A stretch of 64,000 nt of DNA from Chloroflexota bacterium. GTDB lineage: Bacteria; Chloroflexota; Dehalococcoidia; JACPPT01. Made by a program: the position numbers and the translations under genes. The stretch lies in NCBI GenBank assembly GCA_016190815.1, contig JACPPT010000006.1, forward strand, positions 2,723 to 66,722, given 5' to 3'. This document shows positions 21,114 through 31,889 of this stretch, in pieces. The notes under the pieces are model-generated. The model searched no databases. It was not told the origin of the DNA and worked only from the letters and a program-made list of their open reading frames with translations. Each line of letters starts with the position of its first letter. Within the stretch, counting starts at the first letter, position 1.

Positions 21114-22592
21114 TCAGGGAACGGGCAGTACACTCACCGCAATGTTGGCAAGGCGCATAAGGGGTCCAGGTAAAATGCCCAGGAGGAAAACTCCAGCAAC
21201 GCTTATCAAAAGGGCGCTGCGAAGGGCCATGGTGGAGGGCACAGCCTCCTCAGAGGCAGCCGGCCTCAAATACATCACTCTCACCACATTAATATAGTAA
21301 TAGGCAGAGATGACGCTGTTGACGACTCCGATTATGGCCAGCCAGACCAGGCCATTCTGAACTGCGGCGTTAAATATGTATATTTTTGCGACAAAGCCCG
21401 CCGTTGGCGGTATGCCCACCAGGGAAATCAGGCAGAAGGCCAGGGCAAAGGCCAGGGCTGGAGTCCGCCGGGCCATTCCTGCGTAGTCAGCTATTAGGTC
21501 GCTCCCTGTCTTGTTGGATATGGCAATGACAGCTATAAAGGCTCCCAGATTTGTCATTGCGTAGGCACCAAGATAGAAAAGAACACCGCTCGGCCCAAGG
21601 AATTCCCCCCCTATACCCAGGGCCGACACAGATGCCAGGCCAGCCATGAGATAGCCTGCATGGGCAATCGTGCTGTAGCCCAGCATCCTCTTGATGTTTG
21701 ACTGAGCTATGGCCACGATGTTTCCTATAGTCATAGAAACGGCGCTGAGCACTGCAAAGAGCATACCCCAGTCCAGGTCCATACCCCCGAAGGCTATGTA
21801 GAAGACTCTGAGAATAACGGCAAAGCCCGCTGCCTTGCTCGCCACCGAGAGATAGGCAGTGATGGGCGTGGGCGCTCCCTCATAGACATCAGGCACCCAC
21901 ATCTGGAATGGCACAGTGGAAATCTTGAACCCGAAGCCTGCAACTATCAGTGTTAGCCCCAACAGCAATGCCGGCTCGTCCAGAAGACGCTTCAAGGGCA
22001 CAAGCCCTGCGGCAATGTCTCTGAGACTTGTGCTCCCTGTCAGACCGAATACCAGAGCCATCCCATACAGCATTACGGCAGAACTTATGGCGCTCAGCAG
22101 AAGGAACTTGAGGCTGGCCTCGCTGGACCTGGCGTCTCTCAAGAAACAGACCAGGGCACAAAGGGAAAGGGCGTTTAGCTCAAGAGCTATGTAAATGGTG
22201 ATCAGCTCTCCACTGGCTGCCATGAGCATCATTCCAACTGCAGCAAGGAGCACCAGCGCATAATATTCTCCCTGCATCCTCGGGAATTTTGACACGTAAT
22301 CCTGAGAGGCCAAAATCACAAGGGCAGCCACAACTATAAATAAGAGCTTGAAGAAAAGGCTGAACTCATCCACTATTAGGAAACCATTGAAGGCCGTGGT
22401 TCGCACTCCCCAGAGAGCCAGAGTCAAGGCTGTGGGTACGAATAACCCCAGCAGGCTTACAGTGGCAAGCCATCCCTTTCTTTGCACGAATAAATCCAGA
22501 ATAATGACAGCAAAAGCCAGGATAGAAAGGCTTATCTCCGGGGAAAGATAGTACAGGTCTACCGTTCTCATACCTCTATATAACCCCCGCAA
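21114..22592 (-). CDS. nuoN: NADH-quinone oxidoreductase subunit N
   Basis: Polytopic ND2-family antiporter-like subunit. The start is uncertain: TTG at 22592 or ATG at 22571. Confidence 0.85.
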   Translation of the reverse strand: MRGLYRGMRTVDLYYLSPEISLSILAFAVIILDLFVQRKGWLATVSLLGLFVPTALTLALWGVRTTAFNGFLIVDEFSLFFKLLFIVVAALVILASQDYVSKFPRMQGEYYALVLLAAVGMMLMAASGELITIYIALELNALSLCALVCFLRDARSSEASLKFLLLSAISSAVMLYGMALVFGLTGSTSLRDIAAGLVPLKRLLDEPALLLGLTLIVAGFGFKISTVPFQMWVPDVYEGAPTPITAYLSVASKAAGFAVILRVFYIAFGGMDLDWGMLFAVLSAVSMTIGNIVAIAQSNIKRMLGYSTIAHAGYLMAGLASVSALGIGGEFLGPSGVLFYLGAYAMTNLGAFIAVIAISNKTGSDLIADYAGMARRTPALAFALAFCLISLVGIPPTAGFVAKIYIFNAAVQNGLVWLAIIGVVNSVISAYYYINVVRVMYLRPAASEEAVPSTMALRSALLISVAGVFLLGILPGPLMRLANIAVSVLPVP

Positions 22593-23004
22593 GCTTCAGA
22601 AGTCTTTGAGTATCCTCGTGAAGTTCTCCCCATATCAGTGGCAGGTCCTTTTTGGCTACCCACCGTGCCTCGCCAACATCGCTTCCTGGTCTGAGCTCCC
22701 CGCCTATGGGTCTTGCCAAAAAATCCACGTAGACAACATGCAGGGTTGTCCTGCCGTTGGACTTGACTATCCTTGCAAAGGGTATCAAAGGCCTGATGAT
22801 ATTTACCTTCAGATGCGTTTCCTCGCTGACCTCTCGTTTGACGGCCTCCTCTATTTCCTCACCCATTTTTAGCTTCCCACCTGGACATATCCACTTCCCC
22901 TGCCAGAACCCTCTCCGCTGCGGTAGATGTTTTACCAAGAGGATTCTTCCCATTTCATCCTCGATGACAGCCCCCACAGCAATAGTTACTCCCCTTGAGT
23001 CCAT
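22576..23004 (-). CDS. NUDIX hydrolase embedded in the nuo operon
   Basis: Nudix box GGKLKMGEEIEEAVKREVSEETHL. There are 3-nt and 4-nt gaps to nuoM and nuoN. Confidence 0.7.
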   Translation of the reverse strand: MDSRGVTIAVGAVIEDEMGRILLVKHLPQRRGFWQGKWICPGGKLKMGEEIEEAVKREVSEETHLKVNIIRPLIPFARIVKSNGRTTLHVVYVDFLARPIGGELRPGSDVGEARWVAKKDLPLIWGELHEDTQRLLKLAGVI

Positions 23005-23007
23005 GCC

Positions 23008-24459
23008 TCAGCCCAGCCTCCCTATGATGGGCGCGATGCCTGCGGAGAAAACATCCAAAAGGAGCCTGGGGTAGATGCCTACCACCATTATAGCCGCCAC
23101 CAGGGCTAGCATCGGTACGGTTTCCACGGCAGTGGCGTCTCCAATCTTGGCAAAGCGCTCCTTTTCAGGCCCGAACATAATCCGCTGAAGCATCCAGAGC
23201 ATATAGCCTGCGGTCAAGACAATGCCGATAACGCCTAGAATCGTTGCGACACGCCACACGGAGAAAGTGCCCAGGAAGACTGTAAGCTCGGCAACAAAAC
23301 CGCTGGTGGTGGGCAGGCCAAGGGAGGCCAGCCCGGCAATGGTGAATACTACAGCCATAAGTGGCATGCGAGAAGCCAACCCCCCAAGGTCAGGAATGTG
23401 GCGGGTGTGAGCCTTATCGTAGATGAGACCTGCCATCAAGAATAAGAGACCGGTTATGGTTCCATGGGTGAACATCTGAAGAGAGGCCCCTGTCAGGCCT
23501 ATTTTGCCCATGGAAGAGATTCCCAAGAGCACATAGCCCATGTGGCTTACGCTGCTGTACGCTATCATCCGCTTCATGTCCTGCTGCTTCATCGTTACCA
23601 CAGCGCCGTATAGAATGTTTATCACAGCCAGAGATGCAAAGAGCCAGGAATAGCTGCTCGCTACCTCAGGGAACATATTGACTGAAACCCTTATCATAGC
23701 GTAGCCCCCCATCTTCAGAAGCACACCGGCCAGCATTATGCTCACCGCTGTGGGTGCATCGGTGTGGGCGTCAGGGAGCCATGTATGCAGGGGCCAAACA
23801 GGCAGTTTTACAGCATATGCGAAGAAAAGGAGAAAGAAGACGGCCTGGGAGGTAAGCAGGGCTGGTTGCGCTCCGCTTTCCGCTAGCTGCAACATATCAA
23901 AGGTGCGAGCCGGTGAAGAGAAGTAGAGCACGAGTATGCCCACCAGCATCAGCGCGCTGCCAGTGATGGTGTATATAAGAAACTTCATCGCAGAATATTC
24001 TTTTCGGCCGCTTCCCCAGATGGAGATCAGAAGATACATGGGTATTAGCTCCACCTCCCAGAAGAGGAAGAAAAGAAAGAAGTCCAGAGCCGTGAAAACC
24101 CCCATGACTCCCGTCTCCAGCACCAGTAGCCAGATGAAGTACTCTTTAACCCTTAGCTGAATGTTCCATGAGGCCAGCACAGCACAGAAGCCAAGGAGGG
24201 CAGTCAGAAGCACCAGGGGCAAGCTAAGGCCATCAACATCCAGATAGTACTGAATGCCCATCGTAGGAATCCAGGAATATTTCTCTATGAATGGGGAGGG
24301 TGACTGCGATGGGTCAACCTGGGCAAAGACATAGATGGAAAGAGCAAAGACAACGAAGGTGAGAAAAGCCGCTGTAAACCTTATCTTTCGCGGCTCTCTG
24401 AGGAAGAGAGCTATGATCACAGCCCCCAGAGCTGGTAAAAAGACTATGGTTGAGAGCAA
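23008..24459 (-). CDS. nuoM: NADH-quinone oxidoreductase subunit M
   Basis: ND4-family homology, 483 aa. Confidence 0.9.
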   Translation of the reverse strand: MLSTIVFLPALGAVIIALFLREPRKIRFTAAFLTFVVFALSIYVFAQVDPSQSPSPFIEKYSWIPTMGIQYYLDVDGLSLPLVLLTALLGFCAVLASWNIQLRVKEYFIWLLVLETGVMGVFTALDFFLFFLFWEVELIPMYLLISIWGSGRKEYSAMKFLIYTITGSALMLVGILVLYFSSPARTFDMLQLAESGAQPALLTSQAVFFLLFFAYAVKLPVWPLHTWLPDAHTDAPTAVSIMLAGVLLKMGGYAMIRVSVNMFPEVASSYSWLFASLAVINILYGAVVTMKQQDMKRMIAYSSVSHMGYVLLGISSMGKIGLTGASLQMFTHGTITGLLFLMAGLIYDKAHTRHIPDLGGLASRMPLMAVVFTIAGLASLGLPTTSGFVAELTVFLGTFSVWRVATILGVIGIVLTAGYMLWMLQRIMFGPEKERFAKIGDATAVETVPMLALVAAIMVVGIYPRLLLDVFSAGIAPIIGRLG

Positions 24460-24479
24460 AGTTCCTCCTTAACCATATA

Positions 24480-26399
24480 TCATCTTCCAAATATGATAAA
24501 GGCCGCCAGAATCAGAAGAATGCCAAGGGATATCCCGATGCCGTACACCTGAACCTGCCCGGTTTGAACCCTGGACACAGGCCTGCCCACGTTTCGTCCT
24601 AACCAGGCCATCCCGTCCACCACGTTATCGATGATGTTTCGGTCGAACCAGTCCAGGGCAAAGGAAAGGTTTCTGTAAAGTCCCCGGGTAACGATGAGGT
24701 CCTCATACAGCTCGTCAAAGTAATATTTCCTGTAGACGAGGGTATATATGGGGCCAAATAGCTTCCCCACCCTCTCTGCAGATAGCCATCTGGCGCTGTA
24801 AATAGCATAGGCTAAAAATATTCCCAGAGCCGCCACCAGGCTGGAGGTCCCAGCCAGATTGACGTCGAATCCCGCCGCCTCTCCACCCAAGAAATCCGCC
24901 AGCCAGTGAGGCGGCAGGCCAAACGACCAAGGCAAGTTTACCACACCCGATATGACGGACAACACGCCAAGGACTAACATGGGAACCACCATAACTGGAG
25001 GAGACTCGTGGAGAGCATGGCTATGAGCGCTATGCTGAGTGACATGCTCGGCCGACGCCCCGCCTCTGTACTTTCCTCCAAAGGCCATGAACATCATCCT
25101 GAAAACGTAGAATGCCGTCATAAACACTCCCACCAAAGCTAGCCAGAAGAGGGCCTGATTTTTGTGCAAGGTCTCTAAGAGAATCTCGTCTTTGCTCCAG
25201 AACCCAGAGAAAGGCGGAATACCAGCCAGGCTCAAGGAAGCCACTGTGAGAGTGGCGAAGGTCCAGGGCATGTACCGGCGGAGTCCCCCCATAAAGCGCA
25301 TATCAAAGGTGCCCGTGGTATGATTGGCGCTGCCTGCCCCCAAAAAGAGGAGCGCTTTGAAGAAAGCATGGTTGAAAAGGTGGAAAATACCCGCCGCATA
25401 GGCGCCAACACCCAGCCCCAGCATCATATAGCCAAGCTGGCTAATGGTGGAGTAGGCCATAACTCGCTTCATGTCGTACACCACAAGGCCCATGGTGGCT
25501 GCAAAGACCGCTGTTACTCCGCCAATTACAGATACCGTCGTCATAGCCTGGGGTGAGGCCTCAAAAACAGGAAACATGCGCGCAACCAGAAACACACCCG
25601 CTGCGACCATGGTGGCGGCATGTATTAAGGCGCTGACGGGCGTGGGGCCCTCCATGGCATCGGGCAACCATGTATGCAGGGGAAACTGGGCCGACTTGCC
25701 CATTGCACCAGCGAAAACGCCCAGGGCAAGCAGGGTGATGGCAGTGCCTCCTAGCGTGCCAGCTACAGCCAGAGAATGAAGTCTTTCAATATCGAAGGTG
25801 GGCGGGTCTGTCTGGAAAACCACAAAAAGAATGGCCAGGAGAAACCCCAGGTCGCCAAAGCGGGTGACGATGAATGCTTTTTTTGCCGCCGCGGCGGCCG
25901 CGGGGCGATGGTACCAGAAGCCTATAAGAAGATATGAACAAAGTCCCACCATCTCCCAGAAAACGTAGAGCATGATGAGGTTATCAGCCATCACCAGACC
26001 CAGCATCGAGCCTGTGAACAGGGACATGAAGGCAAAGTAGCGATGATAGCCAGGGTCACCATGCATATAGCCCTGGGAGTATATCTGAACCATAAGGCTC
26101 ACAAGGGTAACCACTATGAGCATTACCGCAGTCAGAGAGTCAACAATGAGACCTACTCTTATCGTCAGGTTCCCCACCATTGCCCATTCGTGGTCGGGGA
26201 GAGAAAGTCTATGCCCGGGGGCATTTATGACCTCGGAGAGCACCCAGAAGGAGAGAAGGAGAGAACCAGCTATGGAAAGAACTGCCAAGTAGCCGCTGAG
26301 CCTGGGCTTATCGTTCAGGAAAGGCCTTAGTAGAAAGGATATGACAAGAAAAGATATTATTGGAAGAAAGAAAATAGACCAGATGGCGAGCTCGGGCAT
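24480..26399 (-). CDS. nuoL: NADH-quinone oxidoreductase subunit L
   Basis: ND5-family homology with a long C-terminal helix region, 639 aa. Confidence 0.9.
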   Translation of the reverse strand: MPELAIWSIFFLPIISFLVISFLLRPFLNDKPRLSGYLAVLSIAGSLLLSFWVLSEVINAPGHRLSLPDHEWAMVGNLTIRVGLIVDSLTAVMLIVVTLVSLMVQIYSQGYMHGDPGYHRYFAFMSLFTGSMLGLVMADNLIMLYVFWEMVGLCSYLLIGFWYHRPAAAAAAKKAFIVTRFGDLGFLLAILFVVFQTDPPTFDIERLHSLAVAGTLGGTAITLLALGVFAGAMGKSAQFPLHTWLPDAMEGPTPVSALIHAATMVAAGVFLVARMFPVFEASPQAMTTVSVIGGVTAVFAATMGLVVYDMKRVMAYSTISQLGYMMLGLGVGAYAAGIFHLFNHAFFKALLFLGAGSANHTTGTFDMRFMGGLRRYMPWTFATLTVASLSLAGIPPFSGFWSKDEILLETLHKNQALFWLALVGVFMTAFYVFRMMFMAFGGKYRGGASAEHVTQHSAHSHALHESPPVMVVPMLVLGVLSVISGVVNLPWSFGLPPHWLADFLGGEAAGFDVNLAGTSSLVAALGIFLAYAIYSARWLSAERVGKLFGPIYTLVYRKYYFDELYEDLIVTRGLYRNLSFALDWFDRNIIDNVVDGMAWLGRNVGRPVSRVQTGQVQVYGIGISLGILLILAAFIIFGR

Positions 26400-26402
26400 T
26401 TC

Positions 26403-26597
26403 TTAGACCTTTCTCAGAATCTCTTCCGCCACGTGCTCCCTCCCCTTCGGTACATAAACTATAAATGGCACGCTCTCACCCCAGGAACGGATGTCCCCCT
26501 CTGGCAAAATGCGAGCGGGTAGCCCCTCTCCCTCGAGAAGGTCCTTCCACATCTCCGCCAGCATTAAATTAGGAACCCGCTTGAACTCCACCCACAT
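26403..26597 (-). CDS. Small DUF2007-like protein inserted between nuoK and nuoL
   Basis: 64 aa with the pattern VEFKRVPNLMLAEMWKDLLEGEGLPARI typical of DUF2007. There is a 3-nt gap to nuoL. Confidence 0.4.
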   Translation of the reverse strand: MWVEFKRVPNLMLAEMWKDLLEGEGLPARILPEGDIRSWGESVPFIVYVPKGREHVAEEILRKV

Positions 26598-26601
26598 GCC
26601 G

Positions 26602-26910
26602 TCACCATTTCATCAAATCTATCTTTCCCACGTCCACGGTCTCCCTTGCCCGGTAAATGGCCATAATTATGGCCAGGCCAAGGGCAACCTCAGCAGCGGC
26701 AACAGTTATTATGAAAATAGCAAATATCTGCCCCGTAAGCAGGGTTGGCGTTACGTAGCGAGAGAAGGCCACCATGGCTATGTTCACGGCATTGAACATG
26801 ATCTCTATTGACATGAGAATGGTAACGATGTTCCTTTTCGCAAGGGCACCTACCATCCCTATGCAAAACAGGAGTCCAGAGAGTATCAAGTAGTGCTCTA
26901 GTCCGACCAT
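26602..26910 (-). CDS. nuoK: NADH-quinone oxidoreductase subunit K
   Basis: ND4L-family, 102 aa, 3 TM. Confidence 0.9.
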   Translation of the reverse strand: MVGLEHYLILSGLLFCIGMVGALAKRNIVTILMSIEIMFNAVNIAMVAFSRYVTPTLLTGQIFAIFIITVAAAEVALGLAIIMAIYRARETVDVGKIDLMKW

Positions 26911-26917
26911 CTCCTCC

Positions 26918-27406
26918 TTATTTCTCCTTAACCAAGACTATGGCTCCGACAATGGCCGCAAGAAGAAGCACAGAGGCCAGCTCGAAGGGAAGGACATACT
27001 TGTTGAATATGAAATCGGCCAGAGGGCCTGTGGTTGCCTCTAAAGGCGCCTCTTTGGCCTGGGGCCAATGAGTGTTAAGCGCCACGTAAACTATTGCCGC
27101 TAGAAGAATGGCAGAAAGAAAAGACACAGCACCCAGAAGGCGGTTGGAGGGGTTGCCACTCTGCACATTTCGGGTGAGCATTATAGCGAAGATTATCAGG
27201 ATAGCTATAGCACCAGCGTAAATAAGCACCTGAACCGCTGCAAGGAAATCGGCTCTCAGGGTAACGAAAAGGCCAGCAACAGCAAGAAAGGTCAGGACCA
27301 AGAAAAGTGCGGCGCGGAAGACATCCCTGAGAAGGATGACCGCAAGAGCGGACATCACGCTTGTTGCCGCAAGGATCCAGAAGGCTATAGACGCACCTAA
27401 TTCCAT
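26918..27406 (-). CDS. nuoJ: NADH-quinone oxidoreductase subunit J
   Basis: ND6-family, position in the operon. Confidence 0.85.
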   Translation of the reverse strand: MELGASIAFWILAATSVMSALAVILLRDVFRAALFLVLTFLAVAGLFVTLRADFLAAVQVLIYAGAIAILIIFAIMLTRNVQSGNPSNRLLGAVSFLSAILLAAIVYVALNTHWPQAKEAPLEATTGPLADFIFNKYVLPFELASVLLLAAIVGAIVLVKEK

Positions 27407-27961
27407 TTACTCCTCTGTCTTGGGAGCCTGTGGGGCAGGTTTCTCACCCCCCGCCCATCTGCCTTGCCACATTCGTCCAGCGCGTTCTGGAGTTAGAGAC
27501 GTATCCTCTTCATACTTTACATCCAGCAGATGTGGTCTCATAAAGGCGCTGGGCTGCTTTTTGGCCTTCTTTAGTTGGTCAACGTTGATCACCAGTTTCT
27601 GTCGGGTATAAGATGCCATCTCGTAGTGGGTTCCCATAAAGAGGGCATCATATGGGCAGGCCTCTACGCAAAGCCCGCAAAACATACACCTGGCAATCTC
27701 GATATCAAAAACATCTACATAGTAGTCGAAGCCCTCGGCAGGGTTGCCCACAGGATGCGTCACTATTTTGATTATGCCCAGCGGACAGTATTTGGCGCAA
27801 GTGGCACATCCAGTGCATCTCTCCTCATACCAGACGAACTCCTGGCCCCGATAGCGAGGGTAGACTTTCAGGCGTTCCTCAGGATACTGGACTGTGAATG
27901 TCCTCCTGAAAAGGTGCTTTATGGTTACAAGCATTCCCTTGGCGATTCCAATTCCGTACAC
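27407..27961 (-). CDS. nuoI: NADH-quinone oxidoreductase subunit I (2x[4Fe-4S])
   Basis: Two CxxCxxCxxxCP ferredoxin motifs. Confidence 0.9.
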   Translation of the reverse strand: MYGIGIAKGMLVTIKHLFRRTFTVQYPEERLKVYPRYRGQEFVWYEERCTGCATCAKYCPLGIIKIVTHPVGNPAEGFDYYVDVFDIEIARCMFCGLCVEACPYDALFMGTHYEMASYTRQKLVINVDQLKKAKKQPSAFMRPHLLDVKYEEDTSLTPERAGRMWQGRWAGGEKPAPQAPKTEE

Positions 27962-27963
27962 AG

Positions 27964-29136
27964 CTAACCCCTCCCCACCAAAGCTTGAGGGACAACGTGT
28001 CTGGTTGCCCCTGGAAATCTGAACAGTACCTGCATGACCACCAAAAGGCCCAGGGCTACACCTAGATTGACCACCACGAGCCAGGCAGGAAACCCCTCAG
28101 GCCAGAGCAGGACCTCCAGCGCTGTTATAAATATATTTATCAAGGCCAGAGGAAAGAGGAACTTCCAGGCAAAGCCCATAATCTGGTCTATCCTGACCCT
28201 GGGCAACGTGGCCCGTATCCATATTAAAACAGCGAAAACAAGGAGCACCTTAGCAACAAACCATACATACTGCGGCAATATGGGGCCTTTCCATCCACCA
28301 AGGAAAAGGGTAGTGATGACAGCAGAATAAGCCAGCCCTGCTATATACTCAACAAGGTAGAACATCCCGAACTTCATTCCGCTGTATTCAATATGATACC
28401 CTGTAACAAGCTCTGACTCAGCCTCCAGAAGGTCAAAAGGACTCCTGTTGAGCTCTGCAGAGACAGCCACGATGAAAACCAGGAATCCAAGGGGCTGGAG
28501 AAGAATAAACGGAATGCTCTGCTTGTCCACGATCTCTCTCATGGAGAGAGATCCCACGACAAGCACCACCCCAACGATGGAAAGCACCAAGGGCACCTCA
28601 TAGCTGATGAGCTGAGCAACAGAGCGCATGGCGCCAATTAGAGAGTATTTGTTGTTGGAAGCCCAGCCTGCCATAAAAACAAATATAGTGCTCGTTGCTG
28701 TAAGAGCCACTATGTACAGTATTCCTATGTTCAAATCCGTCAGATAAATCTCCTCACCAAACGGTACAACAGCGAAAACAAGCAGAACGGGGATAGCAAA
28801 AAGAACCGGGGCCAGATTGTAAACCCACCTGTCTACGTTGGCAGGTATTATGTCTTCCTTTGTCAACAGTTTTATGCCATCCGCTATCACCTGAAGCGTT
28901 CCCTGCCATCCAACCCTGTTGGGCCCCAAGCGATGCTGGAAACGACCCAGAAGCCGCCGTTCCATGTATATAAGAACCATCACTAATATGAGCGGGACGT
29001 TTATCAGGAGAAAAGCAGAGAGTACACCCATAACAATATATACACCGGCGCTCTCAATGGAAGGAGGCAGAATGCTCCTGAGCCATCCCTCGATTGCCGC
29101 GTGCAGTTTTGGGAACAAGTCATATACCCAGTCCAT
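27964..29136 (-). CDS. nuoH: NADH-quinone oxidoreductase subunit H
   Basis: ND1-family homology, 390 aa. Confidence 0.9.
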   Translation of the reverse strand: MDWVYDLFPKLHAAIEGWLRSILPPSIESAGVYIVMGVLSAFLLINVPLILVMVLIYMERRLLGRFQHRLGPNRVGWQGTLQVIADGIKLLTKEDIIPANVDRWVYNLAPVLFAIPVLLVFAVVPFGEEIYLTDLNIGILYIVALTATSTIFVFMAGWASNNKYSLIGAMRSVAQLISYEVPLVLSIVGVVLVVGSLSMREIVDKQSIPFILLQPLGFLVFIVAVSAELNRSPFDLLEAESELVTGYHIEYSGMKFGMFYLVEYIAGLAYSAVITTLFLGGWKGPILPQYVWFVAKVLLVFAVLIWIRATLPRVRIDQIMGFAWKFLFPLALINIFITALEVLLWPEGFPAWLVVVNLGVALGLLVVMQVLFRFPGATRHVVPQALVGRG

Positions 29137-30239
29137 CAGCGATCGACCTCACCCATATTAACATCCAGGCTTCCAAATATGACTATCATATCTGCCAGCT
29201 TCCATCCCAAAACCATGTCCCTAAGAACAGTCAGGTTTATAAAGGATGGAGAGCGTATCTTGCAGCGATAAGGCGCAATGGAGTTGTCACTAACAACGTA
29301 AAAGCCAAGCTCACCCTTAGGCGCCTCCACATGGGCGTAAGCATCGCCTATCGGTGGGCGCACCAGCATGGGAACGCTAGCCCGAACTGGACCCTTTGGA
29401 ATCTGCTCCATGGCCTGGTTCAGGATACGCACGCTCTGGCGCATCTCCTCAAGCCTGACCAGAAACCGGTCATAGGTATCCCCCACCTTCCCCAATGGCA
29501 GATCGAACTCAAATCTATCATAAATTTCATACGGGTCTGCCCTGCGCAGGTCCCACGGCACTCCGCTTCCTCTGAGGTTTGGCCCGCTCACCGAGCCGTT
29601 TATTGCCTTATCTGGCTGAAGAATGCCCACATTTTTCGTCCTAGCAAGGAGGATCTCGTTCTCTCGCAGCAGCGCCTCATACTCATCTATATACCCGGGC
29701 ATCTCCTTGAGAAATCTGGTCATTGCCGGGTAAAACTCAGGTGGCAGGTCCTCGGCCACGCCACCTATGCGCATATAGCTAAAGGTGATCCTCGCACCAC
29801 AGACCATTTCAAAAAGGTCCATGATCTTCTCGCGCTCCCTGAACATATACATCAAGGGAGTGGCAAAGGCGCCGAGGTCGTTCAGGAGAAAGCCCAAGCC
29901 CATCAGGTGGCTTGCTATCCTCACAAGCTCGGCCATTATGACTCTTATGTATTGCGCTCGCTCTGGAGGATTTATCCCACAGAGCTTCTCCACCGCGAGC
30001 ACATAGGCCAGGTTGTTCGACATAGAGGCTACATAGTCCAGCCTGTCCGTCAGGGTTATGACCTGGGTGTATGTGCGCTCCTCAGCCAGTTTCTCCGAGC
30101 CTCGATGCAAATAGCCAAAGACCGGCTCCATATCCACAATAACCTCACCATCGAAGGTCACCCTCATACGGAAGACCCCGTGAGTGCTGGGGTGCTGTGG
30201 CCCGAAATTTACTGTTATTGGTTCAGTTCGGAACGCCAT
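29136..30239 (-). CDS. nuoD: NADH-quinone oxidoreductase subunit D (49 kDa)
   Basis: NiFe-hydrogenase-large-subunit-like fold with conserved [10 protein letters not shown]. Confidence 0.9.
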   Translation of the reverse strand: MAFRTEPITVNFGPQHPSTHGVFRMRVTFDGEVIVDMEPVFGYLHRGSEKLAEERTYTQVITLTDRLDYVASMSNNLAYVLAVEKLCGINPPERAQYIRVIMAELVRIASHLMGLGFLLNDLGAFATPLMYMFREREKIMDLFEMVCGARITFSYMRIGGVAEDLPPEFYPAMTRFLKEMPGYIDEYEALLRENEILLARTKNVGILQPDKAINGSVSGPNLRGSGVPWDLRRADPYEIYDRFEFDLPLGKVGDTYDRFLVRLEEMRQSVRILNQAMEQIPKGPVRASVPMLVRPPIGDAYAHVEAPKGELGFYVVSDNSIAPYRCKIRSPSFINLTVLRDMVLGWKLADMIVIFGSLDVNMGEVDR

Positions 30240-30242
30240 AGC

Positions 30243-30692
30243 TTAAAGGTAATCCTTGCGCAAAGGATGGCCCTGAAATCCCTCCCAGAGCATTATCCTC
30301 TTGAGATTGGGATGCCCAACGAAGGCTATCCCCATGAGGTCGCATACCTCCCTTTCCTGGAGGTCTGCACCCTGCCAGACAGAGACCACGGAGGGCACCG
30401 AGGGTTTCTCTCTGTCATAGACCCGCGTTTTAAGGATGACGCTGTGGTTGTGCTTTAAGGAGGTGAGATGATAAACAACCTCCAGGTGATCTATGTAGTC
30501 AACACCTGTAATAGCCACCAGGAAGTCGAACTCCAGGCCAGGCTCTCTTTTAAGGAAACGGCAAATCTCCAGCACCGCCTCCGGTTTCACGAGAACCGCT
30601 GGGTCCTTTCCAGAAACAACACCCAGAGTCGTTCCCGGAATACGTGCCTCGATTTGCGCTGAAATGTCCCTAGCTTCCAAGAGCCTTGTCAT
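30243..30692 (-). CDS. nuoC: NADH-quinone oxidoreductase subunit C (30 kDa)
   Basis: Homology and position in the operon. Confidence 0.85.
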   Translation of the reverse strand: MTRLLEARDISAQIEARIPGTTLGVVSGKDPAVLVKPEAVLEICRFLKREPGLEFDFLVAITGVDYIDHLEVVYHLTSLKHNHSVILKTRVYDREKPSVPSVVSVWQGADLQEREVCDLMGIAFVGHPNLKRIMLWEGFQGHPLRKDYL

Positions 30693-31329
30693 TTATTCGT
30701 GCCTTTTCCCTAGCGATGGAGTCCCTCTTTATCTTGTCGTGGAGTTGCATAATCCCGTAGAGAAGGGCCTCTGGTCTTGGAGGACAGCCCGGCACGTAAA
30801 CATCCACAGGTACAATTCGGTTCACGCCGGGCACCACGCTGTAGACCTCGTAATAGGGCCCTCCGCTGGTAGCACACACCCCCATCGATATGACCCACTT
30901 TGGCTCAGGCATTTGGTCGTAAATTCGCCGAATGGCTGGCGCCATCTTCCAGGTTACCGTGCCTGCCACTATCATAAGGTCAGCCTGTCTGGGCGAGGGT
31001 CTGAAGGCCTCCATGCCGAAGCGAGCAATGTCGAATCGGGACATTGCGGTGGCTATCATCTCGAAGGCGCAACATGCCAGGCCAAAGGTGAGAGGCCAGA
31101 CAGAGGAACGCCTTCCCCAGTTGAGAAGGGCGTCCACCGAAGTAACCATGACGTTGCGTCTGAGTCCCTCAGGCACAACGATGGCAGGGTCTTCATCAGG
31201 AAAAGGCTCCTTGGATGCCTCTTTCAGGGCGTTGATCTCTTCGCCCTCCGTTCTATCCAACTCGGAGGTCGTCAAATAAAGGGGAAGCCTTTCGGCCTTG
31301 TCTTTCTCTTCAGTCAAATCTAGCTCCAC
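30670..31329 (-). CDS. nuoB: NADH-quinone oxidoreductase subunit B (20 kDa, N2 cluster)
   Basis: CCAFEM...GPYY motifs. Confidence 0.9.
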   Translation of the reverse strand: MELDLTEEKDKAERLPLYLTTSELDRTEGEEINALKEASKEPFPDEDPAIVVPEGLRRNVMVTSVDALLNWGRRSSVWPLTFGLACCAFEMIATAMSRFDIARFGMEAFRPSPRQADLMIVAGTVTWKMAPAIRRIYDQMPEPKWVISMGVCATSGGPYYEVYSVVPGVNRIVPVDVYVPGCPPRPEALLYGIMQLHDKIKRDSIAREKARINDKALGS

Positions 31330-31691
31330 TCTAGGGCTTTCTTCTTCCAGGCGTAAACGAAAGCCACGAGAAGGATGAGGATGAACACCAGCATCTCAAT
31401 GAAGCCAAACAGCTTGAGCTGCTTGAAATAGACTGCCCAGGGGTAGAGAAAAACCGTCTCTATATCGAACACAACGAAGAGGAGGGCGTACAGGTAATAG
31501 CGGAAATTGAACTGAATCCAAGAGCCACCGATGGTCTGCATACCACACTCGTACGTGGTGTATTTTACGGGGTTGGGCTTTCGGGGGCGCACTCTAACAA
31601 AGGTCAATGCCCAGGAAAGAAGCAGCATGCCCGCAGGGATGGCGATTGCGAAGAGGAGAAAGATGCCTATGTATCCAAAGTCCTTAAGCAA
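31320..31691 (-). CDS. nuoA: NADH-quinone oxidoreductase subunit A
   Basis: ND3-family, 123 aa, first gene of the operon. Confidence 0.85.
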   Translation of the reverse strand: MLKDFGYIGIFLLFAIAIPAGMLLLSWALTFVRVRPRKPNPVKYTTYECGMQTIGGSWIQFNFRYYLYALLFVVFDIETVFLYPWAVYFKQLKLFGFIEMLVFILILLVAFVYAWKKKALEWS

Positions 31692-31722
31692 TCTACCTCG
31701 CTCCTCCAGTGAAAGTCAAAAA

Positions 31723-31751
31723 AGTATAGCACAAAAAATTGGCAGAGGCAA
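31723..31751 (-). promoter_or_regulatory. Putative sigma70-type promoter of the nuo operon (-35 TTGCCT, 17-nt spacer, -10 TATACT on the minus strand)
   Basis: Read on the reverse complement. It lies about 30 nt upstream of the nuoA start. Confidence 0.45.
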
Positions 31752-31773
31752 GTGAAATATACCACAATTCTAT

Positions 31774-31801
31774 TTGACAGAGCGTAGATGCCGTCTAATA
31801 T
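31774..31801 (+). promoter_or_regulatory. Putative divergent sigma70-type promoter (-35 TTGACA, 16-nt spacer, -10 TAATAT) firing toward the GC-palindrome leader and the PHP gene
   Basis: Near-consensus hexamers on the + strand. Confidence 0.45.
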
Positions 31802-31889
31802 CCTCTTGAACCCCTTTATTAAACCCCAATCCGTGAGTCTAGATTCAGAAGAGCACCTGATGGGTGTAATCCCAGATTCGCGGATTCCC

